DNA of 64,000 nt, taken from contig NMRA01000268.1 in assembly GCA_002633005.1 (NCBI GenBank), positions 1 through 64,000 of the forward strand. The letters run 5' to 3'. The position numbers were made by a program, and so were the translations under genes. Shown here piece after piece: positions 13,062-26,072 of the stretch. This DNA comes from Phoronis australis. Lineage: Eukaryota > Animalia > Phoronida. Position 1 is the stretch's first letter. The number at the start of each line of letters is the position of its first letter. Under the pieces are notes generated by a model. The model saw nothing but the letters and a program-made list of their open reading frames with translations, did not search any database and was not told the origin of the DNA.

Positions 13062-14686
13062 GACTGACTATTGTCTTTTCACCTCAACTAGAAACTATGA
13101 GTAACTATGATAAAATGTAGAATACATGTACATGGAGAGGACTAGGAAAGCAAAAGTTGGGTCATTTAACTCCAGCTGTGACACTTGATCTTGTGGCTCT
13201 TGAAGTCGAAGTTTCCGGCAGTACCAATTCTAAGCCTGTCCAAAATGAGCCAATATCCGCTGTGAAATGTTGAAGTCAACACCTCGTTCAGATTTTCTTC
13301 TGAAAGATTTTGGGTGTTTAGGGTACAGACACTTCCTGCTTGGATTAAACCGGGGCCAAATTCTCTTCGGTGAATATTGCATAAGATTTAACACCACAAC
13401 TGGTCGCAAATTTACTTATTTTGGCTAGTGCGACCCCCATACTAGCTGCCACTTGCCTTTATTTTTGCGGTACTTTACAGCAACTCAGATTTTCTGAAGT
13501 GACTAAAGCCACAAAGCTTTTGCGATCGCACTTATTTGATGAAAACTCTCTAAACGAACAGAAATGATCATCGTTCTTCAGTTGTCCTTAAAACCAGTCT
13601 TTACAAAGAATAATTCTTACAAATTCAAACTTCAAAGGGATTTATTTCCATTTAAGTGACCAGAAATTGCCAAATAAATGACAATCGAAGAAAACAAGAG
13701 GATAATTACATGTACAAGATTTTTATTTATCCTCCAACCTAATGTCAACTGACTCAGTGGACAAAGGTCATCAGTTTTGATACTGATAGCGTAAAACATC
13801 CCGAAAACGACTTGTTTTCATTTGAAAGACTATAGACTTGATTTTTGTAACAATTTAAAGCATATTTCTTGTTCAAAATTTCGTTCAATTTGTCTTCAAA
13901 CTCTGCTTATCATTTCCAAAATTGACAGTTTGCAAGACAGTTTTCACTAAATGTAAAGTTGAGGCCAGATATGTTTTGGTCAGCCATCAAGATTTACTCC
14001 TTAGGTGTATGTTCAAAAAGTTACAAAAAGCTACAAACTGCAATATGACAGGAATAGGGTCACAAAAACGGCCACTAAAATTAGCTAGAAAAAGTGGTAT
14101 GTGGATTATTTCCCCTGTCTAGCGCAAAGCCGTCCGATTTGAGTTAATACTATATAATTAATTACAGTATACACTGGTTATTCCAGCCACTAATATGCAA
14201 CGTTTAATTTATTTTGTAAGTTACTCATTTTCGTTACTGAAAACATACAATTTTGGAGACGACTAATATGGCCAATTGCGATCTAGTCACGCTCCAGGGG
14301 TCATTTAGTGCACAAAGTGTGGCATTTATATTTTTTTAGAAAACCTATCCGTGTACAAAAATGACGTTGTCGTGAATTTTGACGTGTAGACTGATTTTTA
14401 AAAATCTACTGGTTTTATATAGACCTAAGCCCAAATAATGTTCATTCAACGCAATTGCAAATACTGTCAAACTTAATTGAATTTAATACAAATTTTCTAG
14501 TGTGTATTTTATTTTTTGATGGTGAACCACCACCTAAAATAGCCGCCGTCGTGAGTATCATCTGGCTCATGCAATATGGGTATTGACTCAACTGCCGCCG
14601 TACATGTTCGTAATGAGGTAAAGAACTTAAAGAAATGAATAATAAAATGAGGCAAAAACAAACACTGTTACGTAATGCTTATATTT

Positions 14687-14813
14687 GAGGAGGCAGTGTG
14701 GCCTGGTTGATAAGTGCCCGCTTTCTTTACTCGACGTCGTGGGTTCAAGTCCCTCCAGGTCACACTGCTAAACCCTTGAGCCAGGTTTCTAGCTCCTCAG
14801 CTCGGTTTTAACC
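14687..14813 (+). mobile_element. tRNA-derived SINE head
   Basis: A-box-like tgtggcctggttgataag and B-box gggttcaagtccc, followed by cccttgagc as in many tRNA-SINE bodies; no intact cloverleaf. Confidence 0.6.
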
Positions 14814-15352
14814 ATATATCAATAAAGCATAAAAATATTTCCAGGTGATCAGTGCAATGGGCCCACATGCGAGGCCTAAGGAATAAGTTTTCTAGCTATT
14901 GTTTCACATGCGTAATTTTCTGTTCTTTCGAGATACATGTACATGTATGTGAGAAAGTTTCACTTGAGTAAGTCAGTCTTTGCCAGTATTAATTATTGTA
15001 GTAGTTTTCGTTTGCGTCAAATTAGTATTAAGTCAAAAAGTTTAAAAACCAACTAAAGCACCAACATCCGACCCAGATTATCCTTGTTCTCTCTATAGGC
15101 TTCTGAAGTAGCGTCGAAGTGCAAGAAAAACACCACTGCAAAATTACTGATCGATCATTAAGTCAATGTTTTCCATGAAAGCAAACTTCAAGCAACGCCC
15201 ACTTACCGCGTAACTTATTCCCCCCTGAAATTTATTTCCCGTGGCACAGGAGTAAGGTTTTGTGGTGCTCTAATCTATAAGCAGCCTTAGGGTTTGACCT
15301 TGCATCCTTCACAAAAACGAAAATCACACTGACGTAAATCGGAATACACGCA

Positions 15353-15542
15353 ATTTATGATCGACATATGTCCCGAAAAATAGATAAATGATACGTGCGT
15401 CGCAAGCTCGTTACCAGAGATGAAAGGAGATTGATGTAGGAGATATAAGGTCATTTATTATGACTAGTACAATTACAATAAAATGAATACAGGTAAATAA
15501 GTATAACAGGTAATCTCTGGTAAGATGGGCACTAAAAAGCGC
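15353..15542. repeat. 190-bp direct repeat copy (B2)
   Basis: Identical to 15884-16073 except one mismatch by eye (15532 c vs 16063 a); offset 531 bp. Confidence 0.95.
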
Positions 15543-15883
15543 GGGCTGCGTGGAAGTACGAGAGAATGACGAAAACTGGGAGGAAGAGGGTGGGAAAATT
15601 GAATGAGTTTTTGACGTACGACAATGTGGCCGGAACAAAGTGAATTGAAAGCGAGGTTACAATAACAAAGTAAAACGCCCCTAAAGACACGTGACAATCA
15701 TCAGCCTATAAGAGCCAAGAGCTGACCAAACTCGAGGCACGTGATAACAACAGACCAATGCGAAGGCTGGAAAAACGTCGTGTAGTCCTGCACGAGGGAA
15801 TAATGGAATCGACCAAGATGAGGGGGAAAAGGAGTAAGGCGAGTCCATATGCTCACATAAATATATTTAACGAGTGAAATACC

Positions 15884-16073
15884 ATTTATGATCGACATAT
15901 GTCCCGAAAAATAGATAAATGATACGTGCGTCGCAAGCTCGTTACCAGAGATGAAAGGAGATTGATGTAGGAGATATAAGGTCATTTATTATGACTAGTA
16001 CAATTACAATAAAATGAATACAGGTAAATAAGTATAACAGGTAATCTCTGGTAAGATGGGCAATAAAAAGCGC
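15884..16073. repeat. 190-bp direct repeat copy (B1)
   Basis: Matches 15353-15542. Confidence 0.95.
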
Positions 16074-16769
16074 CACAGAGATGTTGTAAGACAGCTCATG
16101 CCCATCCGCAGGGACGCACGAAGGGAGAGAAATGGAAAGAAAAGGGGTGCAGGACTACTTACAAAGGCTGTCAGCCGGATACCCAACCCTAACTCCGGGT
16201 GCCAACCGGAGGGGGAGGTACGATTTCCAGGGCTGGAACAGGTGCCGGTGTTGTCTCACCCCGTGTCATGGCGGAAAGAAAATAGATAAATGAGGAAAAA
16301 CAAGGGAGAAAAACGAACATACAAGAATACACGGACTGGTAAGCTAGAGGACGAAACGAGAGTACGAAAACTAAAAGGAAATGAGAGAAAAATATAAAAA
16401 ATGAAGCTAAGGACAAATCAAAAATAGCTAACAGAGAATAACAAAATAGTTAATATAGAGAACTAAGGCTAACAATAATCGGATATAAAGGTAGAGTAAC
16501 AAGTTAAGAATAAATGAAACACAAAATATAGGCAAAGGCCGAACAAAATGGCTAACAGGGTAGAAGAAAATATAAAATACAAAATAATCTACAAATGAGA
16601 CGTACGAGATACGGAACGAAGGGGACGGAGGGGATGGGGAAGGGGCAGGCAAAGGGATGCTAGCGAGGGAGGTGCAGGCAATACTGACACCAATGGGAGG
16701 TAACGGGTGGCTGGCCTGGGGAACGGAGGGACAAGAGGAAGGGGGAAATTAGGGACGAGGTGGGGGGAA

Positions 16770-16945
16770 AACTGACATGCGGATGTAACCCTTGACAGCG
16801 TCGGACTTCCAGGGCCCATGCGTTGGACGACGGGCTCCGGGAGGCCGCGAGCGGCGGCAGAGGTGGCGGCTCCGAAGCGGAAACTGTGAGACTTGTAGAA
16901 GGAGGGGTCAAGGGAGGCCGAGGTTATAACGGATCGCCGGGGGGG
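16770..16945 (-). pseudogene. Tyrosine recombinase C-terminal fragment (DIRS type)
   Basis: LDPSFYKSHSFRFGAATSAAARGLPEPVVQRMG, then a 1-nt frameshift, then WKSDAVKGYIRM: HxxR box and catalytic Tyr. Confidence 0.88.
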
Positions 16946-17286
16946 CGTTGGGACCTGAGGGAGGTTTGAACCCACAGCTCCTGATTGATAGTGTGCCAGG
17001 GGGTTGGGGTAGAAGAACGTAGCTTGCGAAATTGCTGGTCGTAAAACATGGCATGTTGAAACCCAAAAGAGGAGATGAAGTGCAGAATTGTCTGGGCATA
17101 CTTACACAAGTGGGGGGACTGGTGAGGGTGGGAGGCGGAGTAGATGGACATATAGATGAGAAATGCCAGGAACCACTCATGGGGTGTTTGGAGAGATTTG
17201 GACCTGGGTGTGGAAGTAAGAACCTGTTGGTCGTCCTGGAGGGTGATGGAGAGGATGGAGGCGGAGGAGTGAGTGGGGTAGAGCAA
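16945..17286 (-). pseudogene. DIRS/Ngaro Gag-like fragment
   Basis: EWFLAFLIYMSIY..HP...LCKY..TI....FYDQQFRKLR....WHTINQELW matches the W..AF..Y / YD..FR pattern of YR-retroelement Gag. Confidence 0.8.
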
Positions 17287-19199
17287 TTGGTGAAAGTCGA
17301 CAAATTGGTCAGTGATAATCAGATTACGAACCTAATTTTCACTCAGTGGGTGCGTTGCAACGCTTCTTCTGATTACTCCGTTCTCGCTAAGTCCCAAAGT
17401 GCGCATTAATTATTTGCGTACACATAATAGGTCTGTTTTCTTGGTTTCGCCTTGGTAAAAACCATTTATATTTATCAGTTCCGGACTAAACCCTTTCCTC
17501 GAACTCCGTGCTTAGCTAGTGTGTTTCTTTCATTACAGGTTCAAGTGCTCTTGGTAGCTTATTTCCAGCCAAAAACATAACGTTCCAAAATGATAACTTA
17601 GCTCAGTCTATTTACAAAACTTTTTAATCGAAGTGACTAAAAGTCTGGTTGGTTTATTCACCCATGAGTGGTTTGTCATCGATATCAGTTGGTCAATGTT
17701 TCAGCATTTCAACTCCATGTCCTCAGATCAATTAAAACTGCAAAATAGAAAATTGTATATAAATTATTCATTTAGAACACGTGTGGTTATAAAATTTGCC
17801 CTTTACTTAGATTACAGGTAATCTCCGGGATTTGGAAAAAGTGACAAGTAGTTAGTGATTTGAAACTCGCTCAAACATTGGCTTCACGTACTGCACTGGA
17901 GGTAACGCTTTTCACGAGAATAAGGACGAAGACATTCGTCCATATGACATATGAATTGGTAAACAACATTACTTTTGGCCACTGGTAGTCGTAGACTGGA
18001 GTTGTTTTTCATGACAAAGTGACGTGACTTTACATTCTGATCATAAATAACCCCATTTAATCTATCACATGGTTTGACAACCTGAACCTGATCCTTTACA
18101 ATACTCTTATAAGCATAAGTTGGCCACTCAGATAATTATTAGACATGCAGTTCTTATTGTTGGAGCAAAACAAAACAGGCTCGGGGGTCTTTACTCTTTT
18201 ATTGTCAGAATAAGTAGCGGTAGTAGTAGTAGGCGTAATAGTAAACGTAATAGTAGGTAAACTGAAATATAACAAAAAATATGTTCAAATATACACGTTA
18301 CATAATGCTATACCATGTCTACAACAATTCAATTTCGAGGACAACGCCCAAGAAAATGACGACGGGCAAAAGGTTCACAATAATAGCAAGCGTTCGAAAC
18401 GTTAAATACACCTGACAGAACATGGAAAACTAATATACTAATGAATGCAAGTAAACTAGTTTAAATCAAGAAACATGAGTACTTACGCCGACATCGCCCC
18501 AAGTCCAGCCAAATTCCGTTGAAAATAACTATGTACATTGACGTTTCTCCACCATAAACGTTTGTGGAATGGCGTTCGAAAAAGGGCGGCACGAGAATAA
18601 GTAGTTGGAGAAAGCGGCATCTGGCGCAAGAACTACACTGTAACAAGTTTACTTACAAGGCTAGAAGCAAGCGTATTCGTATGCGTCAATCGGAATAACA
18701 TCATTACGGCGTTTTCCCGTTGCTCCCAACTTGTTCGATTCTATAGCCCAACAACAAGTTGGGAAGTTTTCCCCTGTAGCAAATATCTTAGACGACTAAT
18801 TGACTTCATTCTGGCATTTATGGTTGGAGGGCCATCTCTCTTTTGTTCGATAATTGCTCTAATCTCCAATAAGATCATATCTACCCTGACTGGCCTTATA
18901 ACATATTTGAACATAAACCAATAGCATTTCTGAAATCTTCGTCAAATGGTGATCATGTTTAGTTTTGGGTTCGCCCAAATCGCCCAACTGCAACCGAAGT
19001 TACGACAATCTATTCTTTCCGAATGCACCAATTCACTCTGAGTTAATAGATAAGTGGCCTGCTTGTTCTCATAACAGACAAAAGAGTGTGCTGGGTAGTT
19101 AACAAAGAAGCTAGATGTTATCACACGCTCAGAACCCCCAACGTCTGGTAAAGTCACTGAACGGGAAAACGCTATCATGTAACACAACATGGCAGTCTG

Positions 19200-19481
19200 C
19201 AGTAACACTTATAATACACGTTCTTAGTGGTACTAATTCTAGGATCAGTGTCAACATGAGAGTCGATCCTAGAAATGACAGACCAAACGTGGGTATCATC
19301 AAAAGAATTAGTATAACCATTGTTAATTAGAACTTGTCTGATGCGTTGAACTTCAACGTTGAATGTTTGCCCGTCAGATATCTGGTGCGCCCTCTTGATG
19401 TAACTAGTCAAAACCGCTAGTTTGTACCGCTCAGGGCAATCACTTTTAGCACGTAAACAGGCACCAATATCTGTAGGTTTA
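19200..19481 (-). mobile_element. Penelope-like element remnant (RT thumb/linker)
   Basis: KPTDIGACLRAKSDCPERYKLAVLTSYIKRAHQIS..FNVEVQRIRQVLINNGY. Confidence 0.75.
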
Positions 19482-19640
19482 CAGTGGCGGATCTAGGATA
19501 TCATAAGAGGGCCCGACACTTTGTCTCGAAAACATTCGCGCAAAGCACGTTTGTAGAGGCGCATAGCGCCGAATGGTTGGAGGTCAAGAGGTGGGGTTTG
19601 CACCTCCCGCCCAGGAGAAAATTTTGATTTGTCTCTAAAA
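19482..19640. mobile_element. Single end of a MITE related to 11761-12080
   Basis: cagtggcggatctaggatatcataagagggg closely matches the reverse complement of the right end of the 11761 element (cattggcggatctaggataccataaggaggggg); it truncates the Penelope remnant. Confidence 0.6.
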
Positions 19641-19769
19641 ACAAGCATCTTCCTTGATTTCTGAAGTATTATCAAAGAAAAAAAGAATAAAAAAGAAAAA
19701 AAGATAACGAAAAAGAAAAGAGATAAAGAAAAAAGACAAAGAAATAGAAAAAAAAGAAATGAAAGCGTT

Positions 19770-22700
19770 CCGAGGAGCGACACTTGGCAAAATTAACAGA
19801 AAAGAAAACGATAGAGATGATGACGAAGATGACGAATATGACGACGATGGTGACGATGATGAGCGATACAAGTAATGATAACATTCATAAGACAAACGTA
19901 GAGGTCAGAAATCAGTAAGTATAGGCTACTGTCTTGAGCGGCACTTGGCGAAATTAACTGAAAACAGGACGACGGGGTTCATGACGAAGATGATGAATAT
20001 GATGACTATGGTGATGATGCTGAACAAAATCATGACATTCATATGAAGCACTTAGATATAGATACCATAAATCAGCAAGAAATAGGCTACACTCTTGTTC
20101 AATAGAAACTAAACCAACATCAATGCGGCAAGAGCGCTCAACAAAGGAACAGCTCTATCAGAAATCTCAAATAATTCAAAAAGTAGACGTCCTAGCGAAA
20201 AATGAAAAATATCCTCTGAAAGCCTGTTCAAAACTCTTTCTAAATTTATGGTATCGCTTAATTCCGTAAATTTTTGGAAAAAAAGGAAATTTTTGCGTTT
20301 TTTTAAGAATTTCAAAGTCAAATAACTCAAAAACGGTAAGTCTGAGGAAAAATTGTTAGATATCATTTGAAAGAATATACCTCAAAAAATCCACATGCAA
20401 AAAATCACGTCTTCTTCTCTTCCCGTTTAAAATCGCACTCCAGCACGACTGATAACGGGTCAACATGCGCCAGATCCGCCATCTTGAAAGCAACTTCCGG
20501 TTTTTTGGCTCTGTATAATAGCATGTCATAAGAAACTAATACCTCTAAAATACGAAGCAATTGGTCTTATAATGCGCCCTCTACACGTTTTTAGGCCAAA
20601 ATCGAGGTGCGCATGCGCGATCGCCGATATTTCCGCCATCTTTAATCGGAAAGGAACAATTTCTAATGAACTTGTAGCACACTTCCGGTCCATTGACTGT
20701 GCCGATTCTTAGCCTTGTACGTAAAAAATTGTAGCCTCCAGAAGCATTTGAACCTTAAAATGAAAACAAAATGGCCGCCACAGCCGCCATCTTGGATCCG
20801 ATTATGACGAAAAACAATAGGCTTCTAGTACTTCCGGTACTACGTGTTTTGTGTAAATTTCGAAAATTGCGACCTGTATCATGCAAACAAAAAAAATTAG
20901 TGTCAGAGCAACATACTTGGCGAAATTTATTTCGCCAAGTAAAAAACGAGAGCGATCGGAGGAGCGACACTTGGCAAAATTACGCGAAAACAGGACAATG
21001 GGGAGGACGACGACGACGACGATCATGACGACTAGCGAGAAATGAAAAATATCTTATGAAAGCCCGTTTAAAACTATATCGAACTGTACAGATTTCTGAT
21101 CGGTTAATATACATGGCAAGAAAATCCCGACACACAAAACTATTTGCAAAAACGCCAAATTTGACAATTTTCTCCCCGAAATAACCACCTTCCTGCAATT
21201 GCTAGAAAAAGTCTGGCTACAGATTCAGAATGCTCGCCCTCACTAGATTCTAACTATGTAGTCATAGTACGCCTCTTACCAGCTACGTTTTTGGCAAATT
21301 TGATCTATCTGACAGCCACCTGAAATCGCACCCGGTTTCTCGGACAGCAGACGTCAGGGGTTGATAGCAAATGACAGCCACCAGTTTGCATCAAAAGTAG
21401 GTAAAAATTGTCTTTTCTCATTCAAAAACACAAGTAAATAAGTTTCCTGGAAACTGTTGTCGACAATTTTCTCAAACCACCCGCCAAACCTGACACACGC
21501 CCTCAACATAAATTCTAGAGACTAGAAAATGCTCCGTGGCCGTGGCCTGACTGTTCAGTGCTACCTACATTCTTGAGCGACAATAGGCAAAATTAACGAC
21601 GATGATGATTGTGGTGATGAAGGTGGCGATGATGACATTCATACGACGAACTTAGATGTCATAAATTAGTAAGAAATAAGCTACAGTCTTGTTCAAATAA
21701 ACTAAACCAAAATCAATGCAGTAAGAGCGCTCAACAAAGAAACAGCGCTATCTAAAAATCTCAAATAATTCAAAAAGTAGACGTCCTAGCGAAAAATGAA
21801 AAACTTCATCTGAAAGCCCGTTCCAAACTCTATGTAAATCAGTAGTTTCGAAACATTCCATAATTTTTTCGAAAATACTGAAATTTTCGTTTTTTTTGAA
21901 ATTCAAAGTCAAATAACTCGAAAACGGTAAGTCTGAGAAGAACGTTATCGCAGAACTTTTGAAAGAGCATACTTCAAGGAATCCACATGCTAAAATTCAC
22001 GTCATTTGCTCTTCCCGGTAAAAATGCGACCGTAGAACGATTGAAAACGGATGAAAATGCGCCAGAGCCGCCATTTTGAAAGTGTTTTCCGGTTAAACAA
22101 AATTTTATAAAAGTCAATAAATAGCAACAAACACGTGACCAGTTTGAAAATGATTGGTTCGCCAATGCGCCCTTTACAGGAAAAAACGTTTTCGGCCACT
22201 TATCGAGGTGCGCATGCGCCATTGCCGATATTTCCGCTATCTTTGACCGGAACTTAAAGATTTACGGCACAGTTGTAGTACTTTTGTACTATAATAATCA
22301 TTTCAATGTTCAGCCCTGCACGTCGAAAAATGCGGCCTCTATGAGAAATGTCTTCATGGTCTTGTTCAATACAAGCTAAATCAAAAGCTGTGCAGCAAGA
22401 GCTTTCAACAAAGGAACAGCGGTAGCAGAAAATCTCGAATAATTCAAAAAGTAGGCGTCGTAGCGAAAAATGGAAAATACCTTCTGAAAGCCCGTTTAAA
22501 ACTCTATCAGGATTGATAGCTTCGCAACATTCCATAAATTTTTCAAAAAAATTTGCGTTTTTTGAAATTCAAAGTCAAATAACTCGAGAACGGTAAGTCT
22601 GAGAAAACCGTTATCCCAGAACTTTTGAAAAAGCATACCTCAATGAATCCACATGCAAAAATTCATGTCTTTTGCTCTTCCCGTTAAAAATGCAACGATT

Positions 22701-25420
22701 GAAAATGGGTGAAAATGCGCCAGAGCCGCCATCTTGAAAGTGACTTCCGGTTAAACAAAATTTTATAAAAGCTGGCGTTCGTTCAGTAGACGCTAGAATC
22801 TACGCTAGAACCTAGCTAAAATGTAGTCAAAGTCACGTGTTCTTACTTAAAATGCACGGCAATATCTCACGTAATCTCGCGAAGTCTTGCGTTTTTGCGA
22901 GGTCCTAGCGTTACTGAACGGGAAGCTGATCAATTGCAAGAAACACGTGACCAGTTTGAAAGGGATTGGTTCGCCAATGCGCCTTCTACAGGAGAAAACG
23001 TTTTTGGCCAGATATCGAGGTGCGCATGCGCCATTGTCAATATTTCCGCCATCTTTAATCGGAAGTCAACGTTTTTCAGCACAGTTGTAGCACATGTGTT
23101 CTATAATAATCGTACCAAGATTCATCTCTGTACGTCAAAAAATGCGGCCTCTATGAGCATGTGAATGTGAAATCAGAAACAAAATGGCCGTCACGTCCGC
23201 TAATTTGAATCCGATCATGACTAAAAACACTAGGCTTCCAGGACTTTCTAATCTACACGTCGTGTGCAAATTTCGTAAAAATGAAAATCGGACGAAAATT
23301 GCGACCTGTAGAGAGCGAACAAACAAAATGCAAGCGCTCCGAGGAGCGAAACTTGGCGAAATTAACCAAAAAAAAGACGATAAAGATGATGACGAAGATG
23401 ACAAATATGATGACGATGGTGGCGAGGATGAACAAAAGAAGTAATAATAACATACACATGACGAACGTAGAAGTCGGAAATCAGTAAGAAAAAGGCTACA
23501 GTCTTGCGCGACACTTGGCGAAATTAACGGAAAAGACAACGACGGAGATGATGACGAAGATGATGACGATGATGACGAACATGACGATGGTGGTGGCGAT
23601 GATGAACAACATCACAACATTCATATGATGAACTTAGATGTCATAAATCAATAAGAAATAGGCTACAGTCTAGTTCAATAGAAGATAAACCAACATCAAT
23701 GCAGCAAGAGCGCTCAACAAAGGAACAGCGTTATCAGAAAATCTCAAATAACTCGAAAAGTAGACGTCCTAGCGAAAAATTGAAAACATCTTCTGAAAGC
23801 CCGCTCAAAATTCTATCTAACCTGACGGTATCGCCTAATTCCGTAAATTTTTCGAAAAAAAATGAAATTTTGCGTTTTTTAAAGAAATTCAAAGTCAAAT
23901 AACTCAAAAACGGTAACTCTGAGAAACACGTTATCCCAGAACTTTTGAAAGAGCATACTTCAAGGAATCCATATGCAAAAATTCACGTCATTTGCTCTTC
24001 CCGTCAAAAATGCGACCGTAGAACGATTGAAAACGATTGAAAATGCTCCAGGGCCGCCATCTTGAGAATGACTTCCGGTTTGACAAAATTTTACAAAAGC
24101 TGATAGAATGCAACAAACACGTGACCAGTTTGAAAATGATTGGTTCACCAATGCGCCCTCTACAGGAGAATAACGTTTTCGGCCAGTTATCTAAGTGCGC
24201 ATGCTCCCTTGCCGATATTTCGCCATCTTTGACCGGAAGTTGAAGATTTACGGCGCAGTTGCAGTGCTTGTGTGCTTTAATAATCGTACCAATGTTCAGC
24301 CCTGCACGTCGAAAAATGCGGCATCTATGAGCAATATCTTCATGGTCTTGTTCAACAGAAGCCAAACCAACATCAGCGCAGCAAGAGCTGTCAACAAAGG
24401 AAAGCGCTATTACAAAATCTCGAATAATTCAAAAAGTAGACATCGTAGAGAAAAATGGAAAACATCTTCTGAACGCCCGTCTAAAATTCTATCTAGATTG
24501 ATAGTTTCGCAACATTCCATAAAGTTTTCTAAAAAAATTAAATTTTGCGTTTTTTTTGAAATTCAAAGTCAAATAACTATAAAACGGAAAGTGTGAGAAA
24601 ACCGTTATCGCAGAACTTTTGAAAGAAAATACTTCAAGGAATCCGCATGCAAAAATTCACGTAATTTGCTCTTCCCGTTAAATAGGCGACAGCAGAAAGA
24701 TTGAAAATTGGTGAAAATGCGCCAAAGCCGCCATCTTGAACGTTACTTCCGGTTAAGCAAAATTTTATAAAAGCTGATCAGTTGCAACAAACACGTGACC
24801 AGTTTGAAAGTGATTGGTTCGCCAATGCGCCCTCTACAGGAGAAAACGTTTTTGGCCATATATCGAGGTGCCCATGCCCCATCGTCAATATTTCCGCCAT
24901 ATTAAACCGGAAGTCAACGTTTTTCGTTAAAATTGTAGTACATGTGCTGTACAATATTCGCTCCAAGTTTCAGCTTTGTACGTCACAAAATGTGGCCTCT
25001 ATGAGCATTTGAATGTGAAATCCGAAACAAAATGGCCGCTTCGTCCGCCATTTTGAATCCGATCATGATCAAAAACAATAGGCTTCCATGACTTTCCAAT
25101 CTACACGTCGTGTGGATATTTCGTGAAAATCGAGCGAGAATTGCGACCTGTAGAGAGCGAACAAAAAAACGAGAGCGCTCGGAGGAGTGACACTTGGCGA
25201 AATTACGCGAAAACAGGACGATGGGGAGGACGACGACGATGAAGGCGGAAATTATGAACAACATGATAACATTCATGTGTCTAGCGAACAAATCAGTAAG
25301 AAATAGACTGCAGTCTTGTTCACGCACCCGGTAAACGGGCAAAAGTGCGAGAGCGCTCGGAGGAGCGACACTTGGCGAAAGGACGCGAAAACAGGACGGT
25401 GACAATGGCGCATCATCCTC
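19770..25420. repeat. Complex tandem array of diverged ~670-bp subunits in ~1.99-kb higher-order units, with (GAT/GAC)n tracts
   Basis: Anchor ttcaaagtcaaataact at 20311, 21902, 22568, 23888 and 24562; gagcgacacttggcgaaatta-like motif about 7 times; no conserved ORF. Confidence 0.9.
22775..22922. mobile_element. ~150-bp MITE inserted in one array unit
   Basis: IR cgttcagtagacgctag / ctagcgttactgaacg; aagctg on both sides; the empty site aagctgatca is present in the paralogous unit at 24771. Confidence 0.75.
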
Positions 25421-26072
25421 GGGCGATAATTCTCCAAAATCCACTCGGGCTCTAGATAACGGGGGATAACGACTTCGCCATGTAATAATCTATATTTAGA
25501 CTACAATATTAGAGTCAAATGGCAGATACAACCGTGTAATAATCCATAAAGTTATCTCACTAGTGAGATAACGATTTGGCGGGAAACCGAGGACGGAGTC
25601 GAACTCGGGACCCTGAAATTGCTGATCGCCGACTTTACCACTACACCATGCAGCGGCTGACGTCATTAAGAGTGAAAATAGAATACTTGCATGTAAATGA
25701 GCACGCGCAATAATCGCACGTTCAACAAACCGCATTGTACTGTACTTATACGTTACGAAAAATAAGACACATAATTTCCATAAAAATGATATCTTAATTC
25801 AGTGGAAATTTTCTTTCATGTCCTCTTACTTGTAAATCACCGATCTACAGTTTGAATGCAGGTATCGTGTCGTCAGGATCTTCGACTTGAGAATTATATT
25901 CTGTTACCAGTGGTAACCTACTTTAGCAGACGATAATTTCTCGGTCGAAGCTTAGCGTGAAAAAAAAGGTGTTTTAAGCTACATGTATAATAGTTGGCGA
26001 TAATTCTCCAAGATCCACTCGGGCTCTAGATAACGGGGGATAACGACTTCGACGCCATGTAATAATCTATAT
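25421..26072. repeat. Two ~75-bp direct repeats (about 25421-25495 and 25996-26072) bracketing a palindrome and a tRNA-like segment
   Basis: ggcgataattctcca.atccactcgggctctagataacgggggataacgacttcg..ccatgtaataatctatat in both copies; perfect 22-bp palindrome gttatctcactagtgagataac at 25551-25572. Confidence 0.85.
25587..25657 (-). mobile_element. tRNA-derived SINE-like head or tRNA pseudogene
   Basis: Minus strand gccgctgcatggtgtagtggtaaagtcggcgatcagcaatttcagggtcccgagttcgactccg has an A box and B box; the acceptor stem is not intact. Confidence 0.55.

Larger units (their letters stand above)
15353..17300 (-). mobile_element. Ngaro/PAT-type DIRS tyrosine-recombinase retrotransposon, internally deleted and 5'-truncated
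   Basis: Gag fragment joined to the YR C-terminus, followed on the - strand by split direct repeats in B1-A-B2 arrangement. Confidence 0.85.

Noticed and set aside
14687-14770. Functional tRNA genes here and at 25587 and 51956
   Set aside because: A and B boxes are present, but the acceptor and anticodon stems do not close into a canonical cloverleaf; treated as SINE-like heads.
16189-16652. Hydrophobic membrane-protein-like ORFs
   Set aside because: Pyrimidine-rich untranslated region of the Ngaro-like element.
19493-25444. Many 60-150 aa ORFs, including Asp-rich and hydrophobic ones
   Set aside because: By-products of (GAT/GAC)n and A-rich repeats; frames are not conserved between repeat copies.
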